DNA of 64,000 nt from Eledone cirrhosa (lineage: Eukaryota), in assembly GCA_964016885.1 (NCBI GenBank), contig OZ024741.1, positions 277,450,001 through 277,514,000 on the forward strand, in the 5' to 3' direction. The notes below the pieces were generated by a model. That model made no database searches, had not been told where the DNA came from, and saw only the letters and a program-made list of their open reading frames with translations. Positions 20,401-32,490 of this stretch are shown piece after piece; position 1 is the stretch's first letter; the number at the start of each line of letters is the position of its first letter. The translations under genes and the position numbers were made by a program.

Positions 20401-20723
20401 CCTGTGTCAGTGTTGAACAAAAAGGTGACGTGGTTGCCTTAACACCGTATGGCATAAATTCAGGCTGTTCAGTTTGTTTACAAACGAACAAAGCGACGTT
20501 ATAATAAGCGCCGCTAAACTGATATGTGCATATATGTATGTGTACCTGTATGCATATGTATATATATATGTATATATATATATATATGTGCATGCTACTG
20601 TATGTCTGTATACATATATGTATGTACGTATACATGCATACTTACATTTAAGTAAGTGCCATACTAAGAGTGAGAAATGAAATTTCGTTTTCATTTTGTT
20701 TCAAATTATATTATTATTATTAT

Positions 20724-21110
20724 TGGTGAATTGGCAGAATCGGTAGAGGGTCTGACGCCATGCTTTGACGCATAGAGTTACGGCCCTTGCTATTCTGAGT
20801 TCAAATCCTGCCGAGGTTAACTTTGCCTTTCATCCTTACGGGGTCGATAAAATAAAGTACCAGTAATACACTGGTTAATTGCTGGCCTTGTGCCTAATGT
20901 AGAAACAATTATTATTATTGGTGAATTGGCAGTATCGGTAGAGGGTCGGACCCCATGCTTTGACGCATAGAGTTACGGCCCTTGCTATTCTGAGTTCAAA
21001 TCCTGCCGAGGTTAACTTTGCCTTACATCCTTACGGGGTCGATAAAATAAAGTACCTGTAATACACTGGGAAATTGCTTGCCTTGTGCCAAAAGTAGAAA
21101 CAATTATTAT
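20724..21110 (+). mobile_element. Two tandem tRNA-headed SINE-1 copies (~190 bp each)
   Basis: A-box-like tggcagaatcggtag, B-box gagttcaaatcc, body ctttgcctttcatccttacggggtcgataaaataaagtaccag, (ATT)n tail. Confidence 0.85.
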
Positions 21111-21137
21111 TATTATTAATAATAATAAATGAAAATA

Positions 21138-21235
21138 AATAAATGGAAAATATCTCTATAGCATCATTTATATCTTTATAAAAATATATTTTTATAAAGA
21201 TATAAATGATGCTATAGAAATATTTTCCATTTATT
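21138..21235. repeat. 98-bp near-perfect palindrome
   Basis: aataaatggaaaatatctctatagcatcatttatatctttataaaaata|tatttttataaagatataaatgatgctatagaaatattttccatttatt (1 mismatch). Confidence 0.85.
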
Positions 21236-21336
21236 ACTATTAATAATATTATAATACTCCAAATAAATTTCTATTAGGAGAATAATTCTGTTGAATAATC
21301 ATCAACAAAGCATATAACTCATTGTTTATATATATT

Positions 21337-21411
<75 letters not shown>

Positions 21412-21412
21412 C

Positions 21413-21601
21413 TTTCGTATTTCTAAAGAAACACGGTTTTAGGAAGCCGTAGCTATGCAAACACCGGGGCTAACGCCCTCTAGTGGTGTCCAGCATTTAC
21501 ACAGACGAGAAAACTTTCTGCTGAACACCACCAGATGGCGTTAGCCCCGGTGTTTGCATAGCTACGGCTTCCTAAAACCGTGTTTCTTTAGAAATACGAA
21601 A
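21413..21601. mobile_element. Fold-back/MITE-like element with 83-bp arms carrying CTCF-like motifs
   Basis: Arms 21413-21495 and 21519-21601, 3 mismatches, 23-bp spacer. Confidence 0.75.
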
Positions 21602-21644
21602 TTTCTATATGTGTATAAAGCTATGCTTGAAGCGTAATTTTATT

Positions 21645-21685
<41 letters not shown>

Positions 21686-21689
<4 letters not shown>

Positions 21690-21922
21690 TTTTGCGAGGT
21701 TTTTTATATGAAATCGTGTGTCGAAACAAATATTGTTATACTTGGGGAGGGTCATATTTGTGTAATATTGCCAGAATTAATAACAGAACACACTCACTGT
21801 TTGGTTGGTTTTCGCTTCTCGCTTCTGTGTCTTTTATATCGGTAATCTAACTTACTCAGTCCTCAATGTTGCCATTGACTGACCTATGTTGTATCTGTAT
21901 TATATCTGTATTATTTTTGACG
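21686..21922 (+). mobile_element. Family F3 short element (hammerhead 3' half GAAACAAAUAUUGUU)
   Basis: Homologous to 55510-55912, which occurs as a fold-back. Confidence 0.55.
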
Positions 21923-22450
21923 GGTGGCGCCGATTAAATTGACCGCCGAGTCCGTGATGACAATCAAACCGCCTCCCCTCTTCACAAAGGAAGCAAAGGC
22001 GATTTTTCTGTGCGTAATAGCCATGTTGAAAGAGGTTGTTTGGTGGACACGATTGAAAGGTCTGAGGTCAGGCAACTTCCTCTCTGGCCATAGTCTGGTC
22101 TACTTCTTCCGATATCACTTCGGAAGAAGGATAAGAATGGAGAGAGAGGTGCTTGGCCACAGGCAGTTTTATGAAAGGTGGGTGATAGTGGCGAGAATGG
22201 CTCGTGTAAATGGGCCTTCTCTGTATACCATCCTGTAGGTAAAGAAGTAAAGGAGAGGGGAGCACCTTCTCCATGTGCTCCCCGGGCAAAGGATTGCACA
22301 CTTTTTCGGGGGTGTGTGCAACCCCCATCACGTCCCCTCCCTTTTGAGGTTATTTTCGATTATTTTCATGTTACACCCTTTTTACTCGATTATATGTAAA
22401 CTCCCCCTTTGTATTTGTCCCTTCTTTTTATGCCTTTATGGTAAATAAAG
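21923..22450 (+). mobile_element. L1/Tx1-clade LINE 3' fragment (ORF2 end + 3'UTR)
   Basis: Paralog of the 22657-24035 C-terminus (KEVVWWTRLKG..ARMARVNGPSLY); AATAAA then (TCTA)n. Confidence 0.8.
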
Positions 22451-22452
22451 AA

Positions 22453-22486
<34 letters not shown>

Positions 22487-22656
22487 GTATCTATCTATCT
22501 ATGTATCTATCCCCCTTATTGGGGATTTCGATTGTTGTAATTGTTTGTTTTTATATTTTTTACACGACTGTATGTAAAATCCCCGGCATGTCTTTGTATT
22601 GTCCCCTTTTCTTGTGTGCCCTTGTGGCTAATAAAGAAATATATCTATCTATCTAT

Positions 22657-24035
22657 GGCGAAAGAGATTGTATGGTGTTTGCACTCACCCAGAAGTGGGC
22701 CGAGTGCAAACTATCCTTGAAAGGTCGAGCGGAGGTGGCGAACACTTTTATAGCGTCCGCCATCTACTACCGCTTGACCGTCGTGCCTTGTCCAGCCAAA
22801 ACGGTCGCCAAAATGGAGCGCGCGCTCTTCCGATTCCTTTGGAAGAGGCGGGCTCCTTTGGTGAGAAGATCCATCTGCTGCCAACACCCTTCTAACGGAG
22901 GGCTGGGGATGCCGTGGTTGACGATGCGCAAACACGCGCTCAGGCTGCGGCATCTCTACGTATTCCTCACCGGACAACCGGTGTGGGCCCCGTTCGTGAG
23001 GCGAGCCTTCCCACAACTCGTCTCGCTGACCGAGCTGCAGTCCTGGGTCAAGCAAAGACCGAGGAAAATGGGCGACTGGCACATCGAATGTGCTCAGGTG
23101 CTCACAGCCCCCTGGCAGGCGGACCCGGCGATCAGTGGAGACTCCACTTCGTCATTCTATAGAGGGTTGGTCCGCAGCAAGTGCGACGACGCGCTCGGTG
23201 AAACTCTAGGCGTAGAGGAAGATGAACTGGCCAGTCTGTTCGGTAGGACCTTCCGCCCGGGACCGATGGACAACTTCCAAAAGTCCCTGGCCTGGCAGTG
23301 CTACCGAGGAGCTCTACCAGTTCGAGACAAGCTCTACAGACATGGGCGCCCGGGCAGGGACCCTGCAAAAAAGATCTGTCCGAGGTGCGTGCGAGACGAA
23401 GAAACCGTCGCGCACGCATTCATACACTGCCCGGGCGTCACTGACCTGTGGGGCTATGTAGAACGACTATTGTCGCGGGTGGGACCAGTCCAGTTGACCA
23501 CCGAGTCCATTGTCATGATCAAACCGCCACCCTCCTTCAAAAACGAAGGAGAGGCGGTTTTCCTTTGTGTGATAGCTATGGCGAAAGAGGTTGTATGGTG
23601 GACAAGGTTGAAAGGGCTGAGGTCAGACACCTTTCTCTCTGGCCAACAACTGATTCTTTTTTTCAAATACCACTTTGGAAGAAGAATCAGGATGGAGAGA
23701 GAGGTGCTGTACCCCAGCAAGTTTTATGAAAGGTGGGTGAAAGTGGCGAGAATGGCCCGAGTGAATGGGCCGTCTCTCTATATCAGCCTGTAGGTTGAGG
23801 AAAAGGAGGAGGAGAGGAAAGGAGTACAAACTCTTCGTACTCCTGGAGATGAGGGTTGCACATTTTTTTCGGGGGTATGTGTTACCCATATAAACTGTCT
23901 CCCTCTATTGGGGAAAATCGATTAACTTTTTAAATTGCATTTGTGATAACATTTTACACGTTTTTATTGTATGTAAACTTCCCCCTTTGTATTTGTCCCC
24001 TTCTTTTGTGCCCCTGTGGCTAATAAAGAAATATA
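22657..24035 (+). mobile_element. 5'-truncated L1/Tx1-clade LINE (ORF2 C-terminal ~380 aa to 23793, zf-RVT)
   Basis: LSLKGRAEVAN, FRFLW, NGGLGMP, ALPVRDKL, CPRC..ETVAHAFIHC; AATAAA and (TCTA)n on both sides. Confidence 0.88.
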
Positions 24036-24059
24036 TTTATCTATCTATCTATCTATCTA

Positions 24060-24090
<31 letters not shown>

Positions 24091-24265
24091 CAAGTAAGAA
24101 TATTTTCGAAACAGCGAGCGGGTTTGAAATTATTATAAATGTAAGCTATCGTCGTATTTTGACTAAAGAAATTAAAGAAATTATTTAGCCTGATAGTGGG
24201 GTTAAGAACCCTCGGAGAAATGGAAAAAGATATATATACGATATATATATATATATATATATATA

Positions 24266-24900
24266 TGAATAAAGTGGTCCTTCATCAGTGATCTTCCAAC
24301 CATCATCGGTATTTCTTCGCTTTAAAGACCATATACCTCCGGTTGGTGCGAGCAACGGCTAAAGAAAGTCGTTGGGACATGTAAATAAAGGGAACAACGA
24401 GAGTGTAAACAAACAAAGATGGTGAAGCAACGAAAAGTGAGGAAGAACGAGTCAAGTCCAAAAATTTCTATGAATATAAGTTCGGTGAAATGTGAGCAAG
24501 GAAGGAATTTCGCAGAGGTCTAACGGGACGAAGAAGGGGTCTAGTCCGTGAATTCGGTAAACATAAGTTCTGTGAAATCGTAGACGAGAGAGAGAAAAAA
24601 TGGCGACCGGCCTGGCGAAGCGTGCGAAAGAAAAGAATTACGCACAGGTCAAACGGGAAGAAGGAGGAGGAGGAGAGGTAGTAACAGAGAGTGAGTGAGT
24701 GAAGGGTGAGGAAGAGGATAACGGAGGGAGTGACTGTTAGAGAGGGTAAAGATACAGAGAAAGAGGAAGCAGTAAGAACGAAATAAACGGGTCACAGCGG
24801 GGGGGAAAAAATATGTGTAAATGTGAGAATAAACGTGCTGCGGAGTTGCAAATGGGTTTAAATTTATCCCTGGTTCAATTGGGGGTAACCACAGTAAATA
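24266..24900 (-). mobile_element. Family F4 repeat (pLTR-like) ending in a truncated CUGAUGA
   Basis: Homologous to 54175-54660 (same orientation) and 53190-53745 (reverse); minus reads gatcaCTGATGAaggac at the terminus. Confidence 0.6.
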
Positions 24901-24932
24901 TATATATATTTGCCTTTGTGTATATCAGACTG

Positions 24933-24934
<2 letters not shown>

Positions 24935-25000
<66 letters not shown>

Positions 25001-25112
25001 TGTCTATTTATCTATCTATCTATCTATCTATCTATCTGAATCTCCCACCCTCATATCTTATTTTTCTAAATCTCTTAATCTCTCACTCCCCCGCTTTCTC
25101 TTTGCAATCCTT

Positions 25113-25146
<34 letters not shown>

Positions 25147-25169
25147 CTATCTTCTATCTCTATCTCTAT

Positions 25170-25202
<33 letters not shown>

Positions 25203-25231
25203 TCTCTCTTTCTCTCTCTCTTTCTCTCTTT

Positions 25232-25262
<31 letters not shown>

Positions 25263-25438
25263 CCTCTCTCTCTCTCTCTCTCTCTCTCTTCCCTTCTCTC
25301 TCTTGTCTAGCTTTTCCAATCTCTCTTTCCCCTATTTTTCTTCCTCTATCTCTGTTTCTTTCTCTCTCTGTTTCTTTCTTTCTCTTTCTCTACCTCTAAC
25401 TTACTCTTTTGCTCTTTCTTTCTCTTTGTATCTCCACT

Positions 25439-25510
<72 letters not shown>
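24935..25510. repeat. (CT)n-rich polypyrimidine tract
   Basis: Direct inspection. Confidence 0.9.
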
Positions 25511-25807
25511 ATGCTTTCATTAGCAACCGCCAGTTTAAAGAAATTAGGAAATATATCTAGGAGTGACAGGGACAACCATACCTACCGGAAACGAAAACTA
25601 CGACATACCATGAAACAGTTGTTCACGTGACCGACCTTCTTATGTAATATAGGACGCCATTGAAATAAACAGAAAATAAAAATTATGCATCTTGCAGAAT
25701 TGGAATGTTGTTCGCTATGTATAGAGTTAGGTGAGCATGTGTGGCACGAGAGACATTAGAATGATCTGAGATTTCAGCTGATTGAGAATTGGAGTATGGA
25801 TTGAGAA

Positions 25808-25992
25808 TTGTTTCTACTTTAGGCACAAGGCCAGCAATTACCCAGTACATTACTGGTACTTTATTTTATCGACCCCGTAAGGATGAAAGGCAAAGTTAAC
25901 CTCAGCGGGATTTGAACTCAAACCGTAAAGGGACGTAACTATGCTAGAAAGTATGGCGTCCAACCCTCTACCGATACTGCCAATTCACCGCC
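25808..25992 (-). mobile_element. SINE-1 full copy
   Basis: Reverse complement of the 20724 copies. Confidence 0.85.
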
Positions 25993-26028
25993 CTATGGAT
26001 TGAGAATGGCGACGAATTAGCAGAGTTG

Positions 26029-26084
<56 letters not shown>

Positions 26085-26089
26085 AAAGA

Positions 26090-26774
26090 GGGCGGGTAAA
26101 ATTCCCAAGATCCATGGACGAGTTTTCTCCAGCGTTCTCTGTCTCTCATCATTGCTGCCATGCCCTGCGTCTCCAAGAGACCTGTGTCTGTCCTTAGGGC
26201 ATCAACATATGTCAACCTCAGTCTTCCTCTTCCAGTGTGTCCATGCAGGAGCTCCTACAGGAGCACTGGGTGCAGTGTCAACTCTGAATATCGGCGAGTA
26301 TGTCCAGCTAAGCTCAGTCTCCTCTGTGTTACTTTCGAGCTGACTTTTGGGAGGTTCCCATACAGCTCATAGTTCTTCATCCTCAGTGTATACTGATTAA
26401 TGTCCAGAGCTATCCTCAGTGTATACTGATTAATGTCCAGAGCCATCCTCAGTGTATACTGATTAATGTCCAGAGCCATCCTCAGTGTATACTGATTAAT
26501 GTCCAGAGCCATCCTCAGCATTCTCGTGTAGCACCCATTCACCATCTGAGTGAGTTTCTTGGTCAGTGTCCAAATCTCAGACCCGTACAGCAGCACAGAC
26601 TCCACTGTAGCAACGAAGGAACGGATCTTCAGGTCTTTACGAATTTCCGACTTCCACACCGATCTCAAACTGTGGCACGCCGCCCAGGCTTTGCTCTTCC
26701 TCTCAATCACATCATCCTCTGTGTTCCAAATGTTTGCTCCCAGATACAGGACGTCCTCAACCAATTCTAGCGGC

Positions 26775-26776
<2 letters not shown>
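26090..26776 (-). mobile_element. 5'-truncated RTE LINE with an internal 33-bp x4 expansion
   Basis: VESVLLYGSE.WTLT, ...WEFYPP shared with 56890-59580; flanked by (TA)n. Confidence 0.88.
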
Positions 26777-26841
<65 letters not shown>

Positions 26842-27077
26842 AGTGAAATGACAGGAGGCCAAATATGTTGAATTTCCTTAATTTTTTTATTTCTGCAGGC
26901 ACTATGCACATTTCAGTGGCCAGGTTGCATAAGAACCCGGGGACCTCATCAGGTATAAATTGCGTAATAGATGTATACCAACGGAATGATGGTAAACTTT
27001 AAGGAAACAAGCAAAGAAAAAACAGATGAAAAAGTGTGTGCTATGTTTTTGATCCAGAGACTGACGTAGTAGCATGC

Positions 27078-27172
<95 letters not shown>

Positions 27173-27893
27173 CACACACACTCATACTCTCTCAGTCGAT
27201 TGCTTCCAGAGGAGAGAGAGAAAGTGTGTTCAGTCATGGAGAGGGATGGACTCCACCCGATTTTTAAAATGTCCAGGAAATGCCCCTATTACTCCATCAG
27301 GATGTATGGGTTCTTACATATGTACATACCTTTATGTATGTGAGGATTTCTATTGTTAGAAGCGCCAGTCGAATCTGAACTGAACTGAATTGAGTCAATA
27401 AACAAAATGTCGGAACAGGATCTAAAGTGAGTGTAGTCTATGTACTAATTGTATAGATTTCTGTTGAGAGTTATTTAGTACTTTACCGGTTTTGTACAAG
27501 AGGAAATTGCTAATGCCATAATGGTATACATTATGTTAAGAGCGGGGTTGGGGAGGACAGTTAGACAACCATTTACCATTAATAGATGTTGAAAGATTAA
27601 ACTGATGAGAGGAATATATAAAAGATAAATAACGTATTTGTATAGTTATAATCTGTTTTTTTTACGTAAGCGTGTTTGAAATCAGATGGGAATTCCGCCT
27701 TCTCCGCAACGGAAGTGAACGCTTTTTAAAACAAATTTCAGCCTAGAAAAACATTTAAAGTTCGATAGCAAATGTCCATTGGGAAAACAAACATGGTTTA
27801 GAAAGATCCGTTCAATGTTTTATCTTCGAGCTATTACTAAAACTGATATCTCCATATCGCAAGGAGGGAAACTACAGTATGTATGTATGTATG

Positions 27894-28458
27894 TTTCTCT
27901 TTCTCTTCATTTCGAGTACATTTTTGACCAGCCATCTTCCTGCTGGCAAGGTTGTAAAAGAAAAGAAATTCTCATCCCTTAAATCGCAAGAATGTTTTGC
28001 AAATTTGTAGTGTATGAATTAGGGAGCTGCGCTCTTTGTCCAAAAATCCAAGTTCAGTCACACTTTGGTCTAAGCAGGTTGGGATATAACCTGTAGCACC
28101 AATAATTGTTTCTACGTTTTGGCACAAGGCCAGCAATTACCCAGTGCACTACTGGTACTTTATTTTATCGACCCCGTAAGGATGAAAGGCAAAGTTAACC
28201 TCGGCGTGATTTGAACTCAGAATGGCAAGGGCCGTAACTCTATGCATCAAAGCATGGTGTCCGACCCTCTACCGATACTGCCAATCCACGTTCAGTCACA
28301 CTTTGGTCTAAGCAGGTTGGTATATAACCCGTAGCACCAATAATGATGGGTATAAAGCTGAAGGTGTATCTTGGATATTGGATCTGCAAACTCCTCATCG
28401 ATGGTCCGTAGATGTCCTCTTCCTCTTGTATTTGTCTTACAACGTTGACATCAATTAA
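27894..28458 (-). mobile_element. R4/Dong-type family B 3' fragment interrupted by SINE-1 (28107-28289)
   Basis: DVNVVRQIQEEEDIYGPSMRSLQIQYPRYTFSFIPIIIG; 3'UTR next to (TATG)n at 27877-27893. Confidence 0.75.
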
Positions 28459-28544
28459 TACATACATACATACATACATACATACATACATACATACATA
28501 CATACATACATACATACATACATACATACATACATACATACATA

Positions 28545-29850
28545 CATTTACTTGAAACGTAAGCAAGGAGGCAGAGGTCTAACATCAGTCCAGACAGCAT
28601 TTGAATGTCGCATCATATCCCTCCGACAACATCTACCAACCTCAAAGCGTAGGAGCCCGTCTCTCGAGCAAGTCTATCTGCATGAAACAGATAAGATCAT
28701 GAGAGATGGGAAGGAACTCCTCGAGAGATATTCCCTGTGTGATAATCAAAAACTCACACCCAGGGAAGACGCTCAGCAGTATCGCAGTGAATGCATGGAT
28801 AAAAAACTGCATGCTTATCAGCAAAAAATCATGCATGGATATGTTGCCAGGAAGCTCCAGAGTGAGAGTAATATAGATAAGGAAAGTAGTCTATCTTGGA
28901 CCAACAACCGCTATATTGGCTCCCACTTTGAAGGATACGCTTTTGCAATCCAAGAACAGGAAATCAACACGAAATACCTGATTCACAAAAGAGATAGGGA
29001 TGCAGGCAAAACACCTAGATGTGATAACAGGTGCAGACTCTGCAGAATTAACATCGAAGATGTCACCCATGTCATAAGCAGCTGTCCAAAGATGTCATCG
29101 CGGTACTATCTACCTATGAGGCATGATGTAGTGGCCAAAACACTGTACAATGCAATCCGTAGAAAAGATAGCCCCGATAATAAACACATTAAAAGCTACA
29201 GCAATGTGGAAGACATACATAAACATAATAAGAAAGGGTACTGGTGGAATGTTCCAGTAAAAACCCCAATAAAATGCAGGCATAACAGACCAGATATTAT
29301 GATATGGGACAGGGAAAAGAAGGCATGCACAGTAGTGGAAGTTAGCTGTCCAGCAGATGCCAATATAATATCAAAGATTAGTGAAAAGGAGAATATTTAT
29401 GCAGAACTGATGAGAAATCTGCAGATACTCCACCCTGATTACACCTTCAGATTTATGCCTGTGATTATTGGGGCACTGGGATATGTTAGTAACTGCCTCA
29501 ATACAAATCTTGAGAAGCTGGGCTTCACAGGAACAGAAAGAACACAACTAGTTAGGAAACTACAAGTACAATCCATTAATGGAACAGTAAAAATATGTAA
29601 AACATTCCAAAAATGTTGCATCTAATAACTGCATATACACATGTACAGATACAAAGCATATACACATGCACACATACAACTCAAAACATCCACATCCACA
29701 CATACAATAACATCCATATCTACACATGCATGCATACATATTCTACCTAGTTGATGTTGTGTAAATTCCAATGAGAGAGTCTTGTGTCTATGTTAGAAAC
29801 CGACTCTCTCTCTATTGGCAAAAATTTGTGAAATTATAAAACCAGAAGAA
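28545..29850 (+). mobile_element. 5'-truncated R4/Dong-type RLE LINE, family A (ORF to 29625 + 3'UTR)
   Basis: YLKRKQGGRGL, CRLC..EDVTHVISSC (CCHC), RHD, RPDIMIWD..VVEVSCP (PD-D/ExK); (CATA)n on both flanks. Confidence 0.9.
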
Positions 29851-30299
29851 CATACATACATACATACATCATACATACATACATCATACATACATCATAC
29901 ATACATGCACACATATACGTATATATACATATATATATCCCTCCTCTTCTCACTTTATCTTTTTATTCAACCATTTATTTCTCATTCTATCTTCTAATGA
30001 AAGTCTCGTGTCTATGTGTGTATGTATGTATGTATCTATGTATGTATGTGTGTATGTATGTATGCATACATGTATGTATGTTTATATGTATGTATTCATG
30101 TATGCATATATGTATATATTTATGTATATGTGTATGTATGTATTTATGTATGTGTGTTTGTATTTGTATATGTATATATGTATGCACATATTATGCATGT
30201 ATGTGTATGTACGTACGCATGTATGTACGTACGCATGTATGTATGCAAAAAGTAAATGGAAACAACAAAACAGAGCAGAGAGGAAGTGGGAAAGAAATA

Positions 30300-32210
30300 T
30301 AGGGGATAAATCGGCTACAATACTAAATTGGTACTTCATTTGTCGACCTTGAAAGGGTGAAAGGCCAAGTTGATCCCAGTGGGATTTGAACCCAGAGCAC
30401 AGAAAGCCAGGACGAATACCACAAAGTTCTAAAGACTTTGCGAATTCTCCACCTGGTAATCTACATTAGGGCGATGAATAGGCTGTATAGTTACTCTGTA
30501 TGACAAAATACCTTGCGGTATCTGTTCTGGCTCTCTGCGTTATGAGATCAAATCCCGCCAAATGACGAAGGAAATGAATTCATAGATCCAAAAGAGCTAC
30601 AGCAAAGTATTAACTTCTACCCTCCAACAAATCCGCTAATCTACAGCCCTTCGACTGGTAATTTATTTAGTAACGCCGAAAGAATTATAGGAAAAATTGA
30701 TCTCTGCAGGATTCGAACACATTGCACAGAGAACCGAAACAAATACTGCGACGCATTTTAATCCGACGCACAAATGACTACAAATTCGCCACCAACATGA
30801 ATAATGAGCTGTGGGAACCTACATGAGATTACTCAATCTGCTTAGGGTCTCATATAAAGGGCTATTTTAGATAATATAATTCTAGATAAACTAAAACAAC
30901 GAGGGCGGGATCAATGCGGATGGACGGACTAAAATATATTTGATCCTAGGTTTGTGGATCAAGGTTAAACTAGCGTTAAAGAACATCAACCATTATTATT
31001 TTAGAATAATAATTGTTTCTACTTTTGGCACAAGGCCAACAATTACCCAGTGCATTACTGGTACTTTATTTCATCGACCCCGTGAAGATGAAAGGCAAAG
31101 TTAACCTCGGCGGGATTTGAACTCAGAATGGCAAGGACCGTAACTCTATGCGTCAAAGCATGGCATCCGACCCTCTACCGATACTGCCAATCCACCGCCC
31201 TTATTTTAGAATAATAATGGGCGATGGATTGGCAGTATCAGTAGAGGATCGGACGCCATACTTTGTCGCATAGAGTTACGGCCCTTGCCATTCTGAGTTC
31301 AAATTCCGCCGAGGTTAACTTTGCCTTTCATCCTTACGGGATTGATAAAATAAAGTACAAGTAATGCACTGGGCAATTGCTGGCCTTGTGCTAAAAGTAG
31401 AAACAATTATTATTTTGAAATCAAATCAAATATTACAGACTGTCTGAAAGGATGGTGGATTGGTAGAATTAGTAGAGTGTCGGATGAAATACCATTGTAG
31501 TATGTTTTGGCCTCTTTAAATTCTGAGTTTGAATCCCACTAAGGTCAACTTTGCCTTTCATCCTTCCGAGGTCGGTAAAATTAACCACTGGGACAATATA
31601 ATCAACTTTTCCGTGGCCCAAAAATTGCTGGCCTAAATTAAAAAAACATTATTATATTGAAATTATTATATTGAAGGCGGTGGATTGGCTTTAATTGGTA
31701 GAGCATCGGTCAACATACTTTGTGGTATATAGTTACGGCCCTTTACGTTCTGAGTTCAAATCCCACCGAGGTTAGTTTTGCCTTTCATCCTTACGGGATC
31801 GATAAAATAAAGTACCAGTAACGCAGAGGTCGATTTATTCGACATTCCTCTGCCCTGGTGGCTTTATTGCAAATATGCATGAATGGTCCCGTAACTTCTG
31901 ATGGGGTGATAGGGGTGCTGTATATAGCGTTTCTAGGGTGTTTTTAATCATGTTAGAGACCATCTCCTCTCCAGATCTAGATACAGCCGATTTCTTCCAC
32001 TATTGAAGTATAGACAAAATGAGAAGTGAGAAAGGAATATAGAGAAAGAATCGACCCCACTACTTTACTGGTACTTTTTTTTTATCGATCTCGAATGGAT
32101 GAAAGGCAAAGTTGACCTCGACAGGATTTGAACTCAGGGAGTAGAGAGCCGAAAGCAATACTGCAAAGCATTCTATTTGACGTTCTAACGACTCTACCAA
32201 TTCGCCGACT
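30300..32210. mobile_element. Cluster of about 8 SINE-1 copies and fragments, including a head-to-head pair (31014-31200 minus, 31219-31412 plus)
   Basis: Repeated SINE core; 18-bp TSD ttattttagaataataat at 30996-31013 and 31201-31218. Confidence 0.8.
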
Positions 32211-32448
32211 TTGTTACAAACATAGGAATCATTATATTGCAACGAAGCGACTGAAAGAACCCCCCCCCCCCCCCCAATAACGTTCACGTCATTCAATTAG
32301 TAATGACATTATTGTAAATGATTTTCTGGCGTAAATATATTAAGCAGGTATGACATAGTTGATAGATGGGGGATATATAAAATATACTTTATATAGATTA
32401 TATTCGGGAAAAAAATGGAATCTCTGTATAACGTTACGGTGATCTTAT

Positions 32449-32490
32449 GTGACGTCAAACCGAGCTTGCGCATGCATGCAACGGAAGTGA
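32449..32490. promoter_or_regulatory. Possible promoter-motif cluster (CRE TGACGTCA, NRF1-like TGCGCATGCA, ETS ACGGAAGTG)
   Basis: gtgacgtcaaaccgagcttgcgcatgcatgcaacggaagtg in unique sequence. Confidence 0.3.

Larger units (their letters stand above)
16717..20709. mobile_element. 472-bp tandem array with a hammerhead in each unit (retrozyme-like): 6.6 units sense-minus (16717-19827) joined to 1.87 units sense-plus (19828-20709)
   Basis: Exact 472-bp period (ORF track repeats at 16724, 17196, 17668, 18140, 18612, 19084, 19556); only one substitution seen (~18659); inversion junction atcatca|aattttc at 19827/19828. Confidence 0.93.

Noticed and set aside
16724-20694. Repeated 114/95/68-aa ORFs in the 472-bp array, or a CRISPR-like array
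   Set aside because: The ORFs start in microsatellite and have no recognisable domain; the units are identical with no unique spacers; no snRNA, 5S or SL RNA sequence was recognised
24270-24345. Type II hammerhead on minus in family F4
   Set aside because: GAAA is not adjacent to the putative stem II and there is no NUH/stem I; better read as a truncated type I 5' half
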